Below are positions 13,757 to 27,700 of a stretch of DNA of 64,000 bases, one piece after another (positions within the stretch are counted from its first letter, which is position 1; each line of letters opens with the position of its first letter). The position numbers were made by a program, and so were the translations under genes. Source of the DNA: Octopus vulgaris (taxonomy: Eukaryota). The notes beneath the pieces are model-generated. The model worked only from the letters and a program-made list of their open reading frames with translations, was not told the DNA's origin and searched no databases. The DNA lies in NCBI GenBank assembly GCA_951406725.2, contig OX597816.1:142786001-142850000 (forward strand), given 5' to 3'.

Positions 13757-16700
13757 CTATTGCATACAAACTGCATACATACATACATACATACACATGG
13801 ACACACATTTGTGAAAGATTTCAGTTGTATGTGTTTCCTGTTTATTTGCATGTGTATATGGATGTATACATTTGCACACTTATGCAGTCCTGTTGTTTAT
13901 CTAGTTTGTTTATTTGCTTTGTTTTCAGTTGCAAAGATAGTTAATTGATTTCTATTACAGCCATATCCTATATTTGCAGTATTAGTTGTTTAAATGTTGA
14001 TTCCAATACTCCATTGATAGAATTAAATTCTCCTTTAGGAAACAAATTTACTTTACATATTTTGCCCAAAGGGAAAAATCTTATCTATATATTCAAGTGT
14101 TTTTCTTTATTATTATTTTCCAGATGTGATTTTATTCCTGTTTTTTTTTTATTTCAGCTGTTTGTATTTTAAATAATTTTTGGTAATTAATTGTTTACAT
14201 CATCATATATATTTATTTTTAAATGAAATTATGCACACATAATCTCTAATGGGTAATTTAACATTTTCTTATGGTTAGATTTTTTTATTCTTATTGAAAA
14301 TCTCTTCGATTTTTTTTGATTTTTTTATTATTCTTTCAGCATTTTGTTGAATGAAAAAGCTTTAGATTTTTATCAAATACCTCTGCAATTTGATCACTGT
14401 AAAATCACTACATTTAAATATCACTCTAGGTTGATTACTGTGAAATTATTGATGTCTAAAGCAAGGTTTGTATTTCATCTTAAGAAATCTGGATGCTACA
14501 CAAGTCTTGTCTCACTTTAATCTTGTTCAGATGTATGCATTTGTGTCTATTTGCTTGTAACTTATTTGTTTAGCTGTTGTCATTTAGCCCCAGGTCAGCC
14601 TTGATCAGGCATACCTTTGATGAAAGGCCTTCCAGCTGTGACTTTCTCTTTTTTTTTCCTCCACACAGTATATCTAGGTCTACATTATCCAATATATTTG
14701 AGCAGATGTATGGTGAAAGCTTTTACAGCCTTGACTACCATCCACTCTGTTTTTTTTTTTTGTTTTCCTTAAATGTACAGTGTCAAGGATAACTTTATCC
14801 AATGTTTTGATCCTTCTTTTAAAATGGGTTTGATTTGAGGGTGATTTGGCTGCTATTTCTAGCAGTTCAAGTAACTATGCAGAGTTCCTTGCATTGATTC
14901 GATTGTTTATTTGTTTTATTCTAAAATGTTTCTTTAATCACAACCTTGATTATCTTTCATCTTCATCAGTAAATTTAAATTCATATAAGATCTGCTTTGC
15001 TTGCAAAGTGGTAAAGGCTTTAAGAGGTTTTGGCATCAAGAAGGACATCCAGCTGCAAAATACTGCCTCAGCAAGTCTTATCCCATGCCAGTGTGAAAAA
15101 AGTGGTTATGATGATGATGATTATATTTATATTTTAAATTCTGCCATTTTGAAATACTAGTTATGAATAAACAGAATTTGCTGAGTTTGAAATTCGGTCT
15201 TAGACTTAGGCAATGTAGAATGTTTTGGATGATAGTTTTAGAAATGGAAGTGTGGTGGACTAAGAAACAAATCATTTAATATTCCATTTTGTCTATGTTC
15301 TGAATTCAATTCTACTATAGTCAACTTTACCTTCAGTTTTTCAATTTTGGTATATACTAGGGTAATTTCTGTCAACTGTGCATTGTGTGACTGTGTCATT
15401 AAGAAATCATTATTATTGCTTCTTTTTTTTCTATGAACCCATTATTTCATAAATTGCTATTAAATCTTTATTTCCCAAATCCTGTAAATAGATTTTTTTA
15501 ATCCACAGCTTTATCATAAGCAGGAAATGAAGTCACAAAGCTAAACTAACAACCTCCAAAATATACTTAGCTGTATTGTCTTATTTAATTCCTCTCAACC
15601 ATTCTCTATTTATTTGATAGCTGCAACTACATGAATTATTACTATTGTAGCTGCTGATTCAAATAGTATGGCTTTGTATCTCATGGTACTGAGTATTTGA
15701 CAGATATAATTTTGAATGGCTTGGCCCACAGGTACCATGTGGATGTAGAGAGTTTATTTCTATTGGCAGCAGGTTCATTCTTTAATCATTTAGCATTTAA
15801 ATCAGCCATACCCAGCTCAAATATTCTACCTGTTTTATGTTCAAGAAAATCCACAAGAAATTTGAGATGAAATTTCCTGTATCTAAGAAGTTCAGTCAAG
15901 TGTACAAGTTTCCTTTCACCCAATCAGCAGTTTTTTTCCCCTTACTGAAACCTATCTTTCTGAATCAATACCTTAAACTTCACCCTTACCTAAACAAAGT
16001 TGACCAAAATGCCTAAAAAATTATCACTATCTCATTTTTTATTAAATAGATTTTAGTTTACTCTGGATAAATATTCCTAAATACTCTCCTCCATTTAAAT
16101 TTTCTGTAATGTTTGACAGGATATTTCCCTATATATTCTGAAAATTTTCTTAATACTTATGCTTACAATTTTTCTCCAAAGGAGTTGGCTATTAAATATA
16201 TTATTACAGATGAAGCCTATCACCAGTTTCTTTAGACTCTGTTACATGCATAAAGATATACTTAGTAATTCTGTAAAGATTTTCTTATTCTTTTTAATTG
16301 TTTCTGTCATTTGACTGCAGCCATGCTGAAAATTCAGTTTAATGAAATTAAATTAACTGAAACTAACCTCTTATTTCCAGTCACCTTTGATTATCCTTAA
16401 ACTTATTACACCTGTGTCACATGCACACTCACACACTCTCTCTCTCCTTTCTCTCTCTCACTTAGACATAGTATAACTATCCCCATATTCTGTACAAAAA
16501 TGTTTATAAAGAGTGGTGTCTTTGATATGCAAAACTTCAAGAGTGTGCAAGAAAACTTAAAATCACTATAATTCTGGTCCGGATATGTTCTCATTAAAAT
16601 GTTTACATGAAGTGTAAAAGATTCCGGGATGTAGTCAGTGGCGACTCCGGCACTTACGCTGTTTGGGCTTAGCCCAAGTATAAATTTAATAAAGTAAACA

Positions 16701-19700
16701 TGTATTTGCAAGCTGATTTAATTTCTGCCAACACTTACATCAAGTATATAATTGCAGCCAATAACTTGGGCTCCTTTTATTGAGCCTGGTCGCAGTTCAT
16801 TCATTTTCATTCACCATCTGGTGGTCATCTTAGAGGTGCCCTGTGTCAAAAAATACCATTCGTAGCAGACATTCTCTCGACATCGTTCATACACACCTGC
16901 TCAGACTCGGAAGTTACAACCCAAGTTACCTATAATCATAAAAATTAAAAGTAATTCAAATTCAATGTTTTCTTGAAACAAATTTCTATAGAGATTAGGA
17001 TTTAAATTCCAATCTATGAAATGTTTCTATCTTACAATATTCTTAAAGGAATGAAAAATTATACAGCAACTCAGGCTAATACAAATGACCCTGGTAGGCG
17101 TAAAAGACTAACTGGCATCTTTTGTCTAGAGTACAGGTGACAGTCGGATCACTGATGTTTGTTGTGCATTCCACTGTTGTTTTCTGCTTGCTGTCATTCT
17201 GTGCATCTGAGTGTAAAGATCAGTTATGTTTTGCAGGGTTGTTTCAATTTTAACCTTAACTTAGAAATGGAGAAAGATATAATGAAACTATATTTCTGTC
17301 TTATTGTTAAATTATCAGTGCACATATAAGTTTGCGGTGTGCATTAGGTCTCTTACTTTCTTTTATACATGTCTTATGCGAAATCTGTGATGAGCCTGAG
17401 TGACGCTGATGACCTGGAGTTGCCTCTGGATGTAATGTATAATTAGAGTGGAGTGTATTATTTTATCAGCCAGGCTGCCAGCCACTATATTTACTACATC
17501 TACGCTATATGTAATCTCTTGGAGAAGCACATTTTCTTGAATAATTCTAAAGTCCTTGAAAATGTATTTATATTAGATCAATTTAGCAACAATATTGAAT
17601 GTTTTATGACTCTATAATTTATCAATACTTTTCAGTTAAAACTTTTCTTTTAAGAGTTTGCCAGGTATTAATACTATTATATTCTAAACTCTTAAAACAT
17701 CTCTCAAAACTTTACCACATTCTCTTGTTATAAGCTTTCCCATTATATTGTTTTGATTGGACAAATTTAGTTATATATAACGCATATTTGTCCATTCAAA
17801 TTCCACATCTTTTCAAAACCCTTCTTACATTTAAACAGTCTTTAAACTCTAAACCTAGTAATTCTAATATATTCTTATCAACATAACTGGTTATTTATCG
17901 ATGTTTTTGGTCTTCTTCACCTTTATTACCCATCATTAACTGTAGCTGAATGATATCATAAAATTCTGTTGGAATCAATAATGGGCTGAGGATAATCAAA
18001 TATAATTACTAGAATTTTAGGAGATCAAAGGTGGTTTGCATTAGAAGAGTCAATAAAAACAAAATGAAATAAAAAGTGTTCTGTGAGGTGAAACATTTAA
18101 CCTTTTGGTCAGCGCTGTTTAGCAGAGATTGAGAGAGCTTAAGAAAGCAGCAATTAAAATTATTGAGTCATATTCTCTCATTCTTCAAGAAATGGATCTG
18201 CCCAAAACAATGGATATTTCTTTTTCTTGCACGAAACTAATATACCTCATGTGTTTGCTGTTTTCACTGACTGTTCAAAAGAGTTAAGTAAAAGCAAGCA
18301 TTTTTTTAATTTTTTTTTTTTACCAAAATACCTCCCACAGAAAAATCCTTAAAGTGTATTTAGTGATATTTAAAAGTTTGAATAAATAAGGAACAAAAAT
18401 AGTCAAAATCTAACTAGAACAGAGCTGGATACTTGAAATGAAATAATAATTCCTCAAGTAAAATATAAAATGTTTTGTTAGTTTGGCACACAAAATATAT
18501 AAATAATGAATTGGGCAATATATAAATGTATTTACACTCACTCACTTATTGCTGTTTATTTGGTTTCTATAAAATAATGGTCATCATATAGCAAACCAGA
18601 AGATTGTGACAGTATTAAAGAACATGTATAACTTATTGATTATTAATCATTTTATAGTAATTTTGGTCAACTTGTATTATTGATTTCCTCAGTCTGTTGA
18701 ATTGACTCCTGTATATAGTCAGCACTTATTTTATTGACCATAAACTTTAGATTTGAATTAAGAATCAAAGATAGACTAAATACTGGTAATCTGCTGCTTG
18801 TCCCATCAATTTATTTGGTTCTTTATTTTTTATTGCTATTACCTGAATGTGTCAGTGCTTTAGTACTTGTTCCATATGAACAAATGAGATATCTTCACTT
18901 CTAAATATAATGAAAGTATGTTGTAAATTTTACAAACCAATATATTATTCATTAATTATACAATAGATCTAAAAACTTATCTGTTTCTATATATGGTGCC
19001 TGTTTAAAGCTGAGCTAATGAAAGTGTAGTATCTTGAGGAAATACAAATTAAGACTAGTAGTCTGACTCCCTATTATCTCAGCTAGCTATTGGTCTTTGT
19101 ACATATTTTGTATAAATATCAGTCAAAGTTAGTCAAATATTTTGTCCAAAGTAAGTCCACAATCTAAGAAATTAAGACTGAATGGGTGACCCTTTTTTTG
19201 AGTTTCAATATAAAAATATGTCCACACAAGCAACTGGTTTTTCATCTAAATCAGTTTTATTCAAAAGCAAATACATCATGCCTTTCAAATTCGTTTCTAC
19301 TCGATATAATTAATTTTCATCAGTTTCAGTAAATATCTCCATTAATATCAAAATAAATCTGCAGCACAAACATGTGTTTTAGATTTCTAAAAGACTTGAC
19401 TTAATCCACCCTTTCAAAACAGTACACATCAATGATTTAATGTCTTATGGGTACAACAATAATAATGAAATTTAAGTTGTGTTTGTATAAAAAACATAGT
19501 ATTTAAAAGTAAATGCTTCAGTATACTAAAATACTGTAATGAAATACAAGTTTATTACATTAGTTATTCTGTACTAAATGAAATATTTGATATCTTGAAC
19601 TAATTTCTTTTGAAGTATTTGGGTGTGTTTAGGGATTTGTTTTCTTCATTTTAAACTTTTATAAAATGTATGATATTGAATAGAAAATTAAAATCCTTTG

Positions 19701-20190
19701 ACAAGCAAATATATAGCAGACTGAATAATATGTAGAACTCAAATCTTCTGGTATTAGTTTATCCTTATTAGTATTAAATACTATATCGTGTTCTTCTTTT
19801 TATATTTTTCTTAAAAACTATTTTACATTCTTTTGTTCCCTGTATAAGGTCAAGGGTAATTTATGGGGAGACTGTGTTGTTGTTTTTACTGGATTAAGAC
19901 TTGGTGTCATATTCAGCTAAAACATAGACTCTTTTCTTAGCTGACAATAGGATATGATTTATGGAAAATTTGTTTGCTATTTCTCTCAAGTTGAGTGACA
20001 TCTAAAAGTTCCAAACCCTCTTGCTATTTCCATTGTATTGCCTGTGGCCAATAGCCAAATATAACTAGCTCTAACTAGATTCCATGTGAGCTTGCCAAAT
20101 TAACACTAAGTATGGCCCATGTGTACTAGATTTCACTGCTGTAAAATTGATAATTGTTATATTAAGATGCAGTACTGAGTTGTTAATAAT

Positions 20191-21190
20191 CATTATCATC
20201 ATTTTACATCCATTTTCCATGCTTGCATGGGTTGGACAAATCTTCTTTAGCACAGCATCTCGCCAGTTGTTGCAGCTCCTTATTGCTTTTGTGAGGTTCA
20301 CCAACCTGAGATCAGTCTTCACCATGTCTTCCCAGATCCTTCTCTTCCACAGGTTCCTTCTACTTGAATTGCATAACTGTCATCCTGAAAATAATCACGT
20401 GTCCATACTGGCACATTATCCCTTCTTGCACACTACAGTCAATTAGCCTTATATCCAGGTTTTGTCTCAATTCATTTGAGCCCTGTTGTTTATGCACACG
20501 AATATTACATAGCCAGCAGAGCATGCTTGCCGCATTTTCTTTTTATTAGCCTATGCACATCCTTTGCATTCCTGCAATATTGCACTTCATACACAAGCAT
20601 CATGCAATCTGCTCTTCATTCACTGAGAAAGAATTTAGTGGAAAGTCTTCCAGGCATTTGAAAGAATGAATTTTATGGGTGCTCTTACTACTAAGTACAA
20701 TTCAGCACCTGCTACATGTAAAGTCGTTTCACGGTCTAATTGTAATCTTTCTGTATCTTTGTGTTTACATCATGTACACCAAATGGAATACTTACCTACT
20801 TCTTTTCAGCATATCAAGCCACTTCTCATAGAGCAGCAGAGTTCTGTCTTCTCTACTACCAATTAAAAGTTTTGTCTTGACAAGGTTTATATTAAAATCT
20901 ACTGATTCTAGACTTTGTATTCATGTTTGGAATTTCTTTTTGAATCCTTCAACAGTCATCAGCATACACAAATTTACACAGATGGTTTTAAAATCCTTTT
21001 ATGGTGTAGGTGACTATAATAAACTGAAAGGAACTGAGATTTGAACCCTGATGGGTACCTACTATCACACTAAGTTCTTTGCTGACATTCCTGTACATAG
21101 CTGGCACAGTTCTCATAGGCAATTCCTCTATCCCTACTTTTCTTAGTGACCAGATTACAGAGCATGGTGTTATCTTAGTAGAAAGAGAAC
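20191..21190 (-). mobile_element. Old decayed RTE-like LINE, 3' part with RT relics
   Basis: Minus strand translates to VGTHQGS (~21040-21070) and VYADD (~20954-20970). Ends in CCAACCCATGCAAGCATGGAAAATGGATGTAAAATGATGAT. Confidence 0.7.
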
Positions 21191-23593
21191 ATTGGTGGTA
21201 CCCTGATTTGCCACAATTCTGAACTGCCTTTCATGTAGCTAATTAATTGATTGTTGTGTTATATCATCATCATAGACTGGTCCTTAATGACTATGCATAT
21301 GTATAGGCTCAAGAGTAGATTACTCTCTTCCATGGGTCTCTGCTCAGAGCTGCTGTGATATCAATGTTCATAACTTTGTTCTTATTCTGGTAAAAAGTTT
21401 ACTTTTATGGGCCAATGTTTTATCAGAGGAATGTTTATTAAAGCTCAGGAAGATTAAGTTGAGTGCCAGCTTGGTGGATCCATAGCATTTGGGAATTATT
21501 AGATTAAGATATAAATTTGATGAGAATCTCACTTGTATCATTTGTATAAGAAGCTGACATATAGTGAAACCTGTCACATTTACTATGGACATTGTTGGAT
21601 TGACCTTGCAATAATTGTTTCTATCCTTTAATGAATATGACCCCTACCCATAGGTTTACTGTACTAGAAGTATCATTATTAAAGGGAAATAGGTACAAGG
21701 GCTGACACTCAAATATTTAGGATACAGTCCATTGAGAAATTAATTTCCAAGAAGTATTTATCACAAGAGATATTAACCATCTTCGTTGGTTTCTTTCTCT
21801 CTGGCCTTTTCTTTCTTTTTATGGAATGTTCCTTAGATATTATTCATTATGATATTTTGTTCTTCAGAATATATTTGTTCTAGCATTCTTTGAGAACATT
21901 CTGAAATTTTTTTCTACTCAAACTTCTCAAGACCTCAGACTAAGCAACATTTGCAGTCTCTGTCTAAAACCTTTGTGATTCCCTATTTTAGTAAGTTTGA
22001 ATGACTATATGAAGGTTCCATCACTGTTTTATTAAATAATGTTAGTGGGGCTCTGTCAACTGAATGACTGTAAATCCACCAGCAGTTCAGTACCCCATCA
22101 ACTCAACCAGGAGACTCAATCTTCTGGTGAACTAAAATACAATTACTAATCTCTATAAGCTCAACACATTTCTTTCACACAAGTCATATTTTACAGATAA
22201 TGATGCAGGTAAGCTTCTGTTAAATGAAAACTGCAATTTGATTTCAATTCCTTGTAGTAATAATTTTAGTAATCTTGTCATTACATATCCAACAAAGGTA
22301 TGAAAATAAAACTTAAAACAGCAGTATATATTTTAATAGGTAGAAGCAAAAGAGTGACTCAGGAGCTGGGAATTTCATGCTTTGACACTTATCGGACTTT
22401 GATAAGTATCAATGCATGAAACTCAGATTTTGAGTCACTGTGTGCGTGTGTGTGTGAAAGAGAGAACAACTAAAACAATGAGAAATGTATTGTGACCAGC
22501 AGTGGGGGAAAAAAACTTCTGATAGTTTGGCACATACAGGGATATGTATGTATGTTTTAAATCAAAGATTGGAATTTATGGTATTTTTAATTCTATAGTT
22601 ACAATTGTTTCAATATAACATGGGAGACCTATTTTATGAACATATATATCAATATGAATATTAGGAGTTCATAATATAATATAATACACACACACACACA
22701 TATATCTTTTTAAGAACCCATGTACTACATTTCTTCATGCTTAGTCTAAAAAAATATTATCTTTTGAGACTCAGTCTGAAAAAATGCCCTTCGGTACTCA
22801 AATCATCATCATTCAATGTCTGTTTTCTATGCTGGCTTGGGTTGGCTGGTTTGATAAGAGCTGGCAAGCCAAAGGGCTGTACCAAGCCCTTTTATCTGTT
22901 TTGGCATGGGTTACCAAAGTGACTAGAAGTGGCTTCCTTTTGAGCAGGTAAGGTATATATTAAAACAGAAATGAAGAGGCAAACAGTTTGGCAGGACTTG
23001 ACAAGGACATCTAATTTAGTTATATAATAAAAAGGTATACTTAGTCTCTAACAGCTTTTTCTAGAATATCCCTGCTATTGGAACATTGTGTTGAGTAAGG
23101 ATTCCATAGGGCAAGCATTCCATCATTGGAGAGAGATAGGTTAAACACACACCTTTTTATTATATAGCTCAATTAAATGTCCTTGTCAATTCTTACCAAT
23201 TCTTGCCTCTTCATTTCTGTTCTAATATATGTATGTATATGTATATGTGCAGTTCAGCAAAAAGAGACCAATAAAGTAAGTACAAGGGTTAAAAAATAAA
23301 GTACTGTCATTGATTCCTTCAACTAAAATTCTGTATATATAAGCTCATTTAATAGACATAGTTTCATGCCTCTGAAAATAAAATCGTTAGACAAGTTTGT
23401 ATAGTATGCCATCTATTTCCCAGCAATTATTCAGACTAAACCATGTCCGGCCATTGTATCTTCAAAGGCATGAAACTAATAGTAGCTCACATTTAAATCC
23501 TGTCTTATTAAATTACATTTGTCACTCACTAAATAGAGTTTTTTTTTGTTGATCTCATTAATGATGGAGCAGTATATATATATATATATATAT

Positions 23594-23884
23594 ACCAGGC
23601 TCCAATCTGATCTGGCAGAGTTCAGACTGGAGCCTGGTGCAGCCATCTGGTTCGCCAGTCCTCAGTCAAATGGCCGTTTGCCAGCTCCGTCTGGCACCTG
23701 TGCGGGTGGCACGTAAAAAGCACCCACTACACTCACGGAGTGGTTGGCGTTAGGAAGGGCATCCAGCCGTAGAAACGCTGCCAGATCAGACTGGGCCTGA
23801 TGCAGCCTTCTGGCTTCACAGACCCCAGTTGAACCGTCCAACCCATGCTAGCATGGAAAGCGGACGCTAAATGATGATGATGAT
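23594..23884 (+). mobile_element. RTE-type 3' end with short 5' inversion
   Basis: Near-identical to 192-350 over ~23735-23884. The 5' end forms a hairpin: ACCAGGCTCCAATCTGA / TCAGACTGGAGCCTGGT. Confidence 0.85.
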
Positions 23885-24285
23885 ATATATACCACACATA
23901 ACCTAACATGCCTAAGTCAGTTGGGATAATAATGGGCATTTTTGATTGATATTTGAACTGTTAATTTAATTCTATGTGTATACGTGTATATCTATTCTTG
24001 TATGTATGAAAGCAAATGAAAGGTTTAAAACTTCACTTTTGTGTTATTTTATTCAAGTGAACTTCATGACAGTATTAAGTTGTATGATGTAAAACTTTGA
24101 TTTTGTTACTTCGCTGTTTTTTTATTATGTTTTCACAATTATATTTAATTAGATGACTTTGTATAACTTTTTATTCAAGGTTATTTATGTCAAAGTGAAT
24201 TTTATAATCTTTCTCAAACATTTGCTGTTTTTCTGGTTTAGTTTTTGGGAAAAATATTTCATACAAACCATGAATTAATGTTCTT

Positions 24286-24328
<43 letters not shown>

Positions 24329-24627
24329 TCTACTGAAACTGGAGCAACAATATTGAATGGATATATTTTATTGCTTGTAGTAATATTTATGAAAATGTTA
24401 CATAAAGAAGCAAATAGAAAAGTTAACTATTAAAAAAATCTGCCTTGACATTTATTTATCAGTATGTGTCTTGTCTGTCATTTTATTCATTTCAAAAGCA
24501 CTTTTCTGTGATTGTACATGAGATTTTTTTTATTAATTTGGAACTCTTTGATTTTGAGGGGGGATTTGAAAAAATTTTAATAACATAAATGCTGTGTTTT
24601 AGCTGATTTTCTTGTTCTCTGTTCCAG

Positions 24628-24712
24628 TCGATTTCATTGGAGGATTTGACTCGTATACCTCCTATCAGTCACAGGGCAAAGGCTCCCACATGCAGCTGCA
24701 ACCCTTGTACTC
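24628..24712 (+). CDS. NKAIN: NKAIN (Na+/K+-transporting ATPase-interacting protein) internal exon, phase 1 to phase 2
   Basis: Acceptor TTTTCTTGTTCTCTGTTCCAG, donor GTATGT. Translation (F)DFIGGFDSYTSYQSQGKGSHMQLQPLYS matches the vertebrate NKAIN1/2 C-terminal motif FDFIGGFDSYGYQxPQKTSHLQLQP(L/M)Y, recalled from knowledge of the family. Confidence 0.92.
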
Positions 24713-27700
24713 GTATGTAGTCCTAAGATACTTGTCTCTTCCATCAGTGGCATCCCCTTAACATATTAAACAATCCATTTCCACTATCCCTTTCTCTTGC
24801 TAATTTTTTTTTTAACCTTCTGAATGTCTTGTTTGACTAAATTACAATTTTTGTTTGTGGGTGGCCTAATTAACCCCTTTATATTTATCTATCAGTAATT
24901 TTTGTTATTGTTATGAGGGATAGGTCAGCTCTGATCAAGCAGATATATAGCATGTAAATCATTGACCAAATAACATTTGTTGTCCCAGATATACATACCT
25001 AAATCATGTATATTTGAATAGTAATTAATTGTATGGGGCATAGTGTAACAACCTGGATATATTGAGCAAAGTCATATTCTTTATTAGTTTTTTTTTAGTG
25101 AGGGAGTAATGACCACTTAAGTGATAAAGTATTGTACTTCTGCCTCCTGTTGGGTGGTGACTGCATAGAAGTATTTGACCAAAACTGTGAAAGACTCTGT
25201 TAAAAAATTTTCTGACCATTGCCTATCACATCTGTTTGCACTTAAAAATTTAGCAATATTATGCCATTTTCTTATGGGCTTATTCTTTTATGGATCAGTT
25301 TTGCTTAGATCTAGGATTGGTTTGATACTGGTTTGGGGAAATTGGTTTTTAACTCAAAATAATGGACATTCTATAAAAGAATTATTCATCAATTCTTGCA
25401 ATTGCAGCATTGCAGAGAAAGATCAGATGAAATTTGGGGGTTATTGATGGAGCAAAAGAATTTTCAGTTGGAGATGCTTCAGAATAAATTTAATTTTAGC
25501 TGAATTTGTCTTGTATGCTTTGTCTTGCCTCTAAAGTGTCCTTCATAATAGACAAGTTGTGCTTGAGCTTGTCATAAACATCACCAATATTTTAGGGACC
25601 TTCACCTGACGCCTACTAAGAGCTAGGTGAGCTTGGTTATTGGCCTCGGGAACAATACTGTAGCAGTGACAATATAAATGTTATGGTTATCCTGCACTCT
25701 ATTGACGTAACCATCTGTCTTGTCAGTATTTGAGATATAATACTGATATTAAACAGTTTTTATGTAATATTACTTTCAATTTTTTTATTTTATTTCCAAA
25801 TAGAATCAATTCAAAATTATAAGTCTTTAAAGTACACTACCATTATGATTTCATGCTTATATGAAGTAGTGTTCATTTAATTCCATCCTTTATTTAGCAA
25901 ATAGGTGGGAGCGGGGAAAGGGAAATGTGGCCGCCCATAATGGATGTTCTATTAATTTTTTTAAAACTAATTTGTTGCATGAGACATGCTATTTGTCCTA
26001 TCCTGCTCTTAAAGGTAGTTTGCCTTGTAAAATCATAACTTTGTCCACCAACTTCTCCAATATTGAAGCCAGATATTTTTTCACCTCATCACTACCACCA
26101 AGCTCTCTTTACTAAAGAATGTGATGTCTATGTTACCTATCTGCATCAACATGTTTCAATTCTAAGATAGCTTAATTTTGGTTAATCTTTCACAGTATTA
26201 ATTGTTACAGTTGCCTGTTTCTTTTTGTTTTGTATGGTTTATATTTTATTTAAAGCAGATTACTCATGGTATATTTGTTTTTGTATTCTTTGACTTTAAC
26301 TAACTGTTAATTTCGAATTTCTTCTGTTGTTAAATTCCTTTAAGTGATTACCAAACATTTTTTCTCCTTTTAAGTATTACTAAATCTACATACCTATAAA
26401 ATATCTTCATGACAGTAGTAGTGAAGTGACAGTTGTTTCAAACTTCAAATCTTTAGTCAAATATCCAAGGCAGTCATATCTGCCTTTTACTCTTCAAAAT
26501 TTTATCAAATCTCAGGCATAAATCAATTTAGTTGATTATACCACTCTTATACAATTTTCTGGCATACTCTCCTTATAAAAAACTGTTGTCATCTGGTTCA
26601 TGTATTTGAATTTAATGATTGAAAAGAACAAATGTTAGTTTTCTAGAATTTTATAATCTGTGGTCTTAATTAGAAAGTCTTTCTATTCCTTGAATTGTTA
26701 TAGTTATTTGCAGTCAGCAATTCTTTTACAGTTGATCATTCCATAACAACACTAATAACCATAATATAGAATCCTTTTAGATTTGGCAATTGGACTAATT
26801 TTAGTACTTAGTAACCAAATCTATAAATTAGTTTGAAACTCTGAATATTTAAAAAAAAAGTATAGTCAAATCTAAGTACTCATTTCTAGTGATGTTGAAT
26901 TTAAGATCTTGGTTTTATTGTTAAGCCTTCAGTATTCTTTCTAAGATTTGAAATATAGTTCTGATCATATCATCAATATGTTTAAGTCTCTGGTTTAGTT
27001 ATATCTGACTTTAGGACAACAGCTCTGAAATGAATTTAAATACCAAGCTAGGATTCATTATTGGATTTATTTTCAACTCTGAGGTTAAATTTAAGGTACT
27101 AAATTTAATATTGTAGTAAATTTTAAGGACTCAGCCCTGATGCTGTTGAATTTTAAATTCTGGTTTTGATAATGAAGTTGAATTTAGTCTGTATCAAATC
27201 TAGAAATTTAGCTGAGATTATCACTGGAGTTAAATTCTCATCTTAGCAACTGAATTTAGATTCTTCAGATCTAGAATCAAAATTCTTATATATTAATCAG
27301 GTTCATTAGATTATTTTTTCACCAACAAACTGTTTGAAAATTTATTCTCCTTTTCTTTTTCCATGGCTTCTGACATATCCTTTAAAAGCACTTCTCATAT
27401 GTATCTTATGCTTTTAAGACCAACTTGACCGTTCTTTGTAGTGATATCATTCTTTGCATGGTCCTTCCCTCAGCAAGCATCAGAGTAGAGACAAGCTATT
27501 GTTGAAGTCTGCAACCCAGTTTAAATTCCCAGTTGTAGCCAGACATTTCATTTCACATGTCATTTATGTCTCTTGAAAAGGCATGCACATCACACAATCT
27601 CATTTGCTGTACCCATTATATATCTAAGGCTTTGTGCCCATGTCAAAACTTGATATTTGCATGGTCTTAGCTTATGTGTGCTTTACTCTCAAGCAAAATG

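Noticed and set aside
17385-17430. C/D box-like motifs GTGATGA and CTGA
   Set aside because: Boxes too closely spaced and no terminal stem or recognisable rRNA antisense element
1-24600. Upstream NKAIN transmembrane exons and known conserved miRNAs
   Set aside because: No convincing match found by eye. The earlier exons probably lie 5' of the window.
26740-27310. Recurring TGAATTTA/AAATCTAG words suggesting an old satellite
   Set aside because: No consistent period could be established by eye
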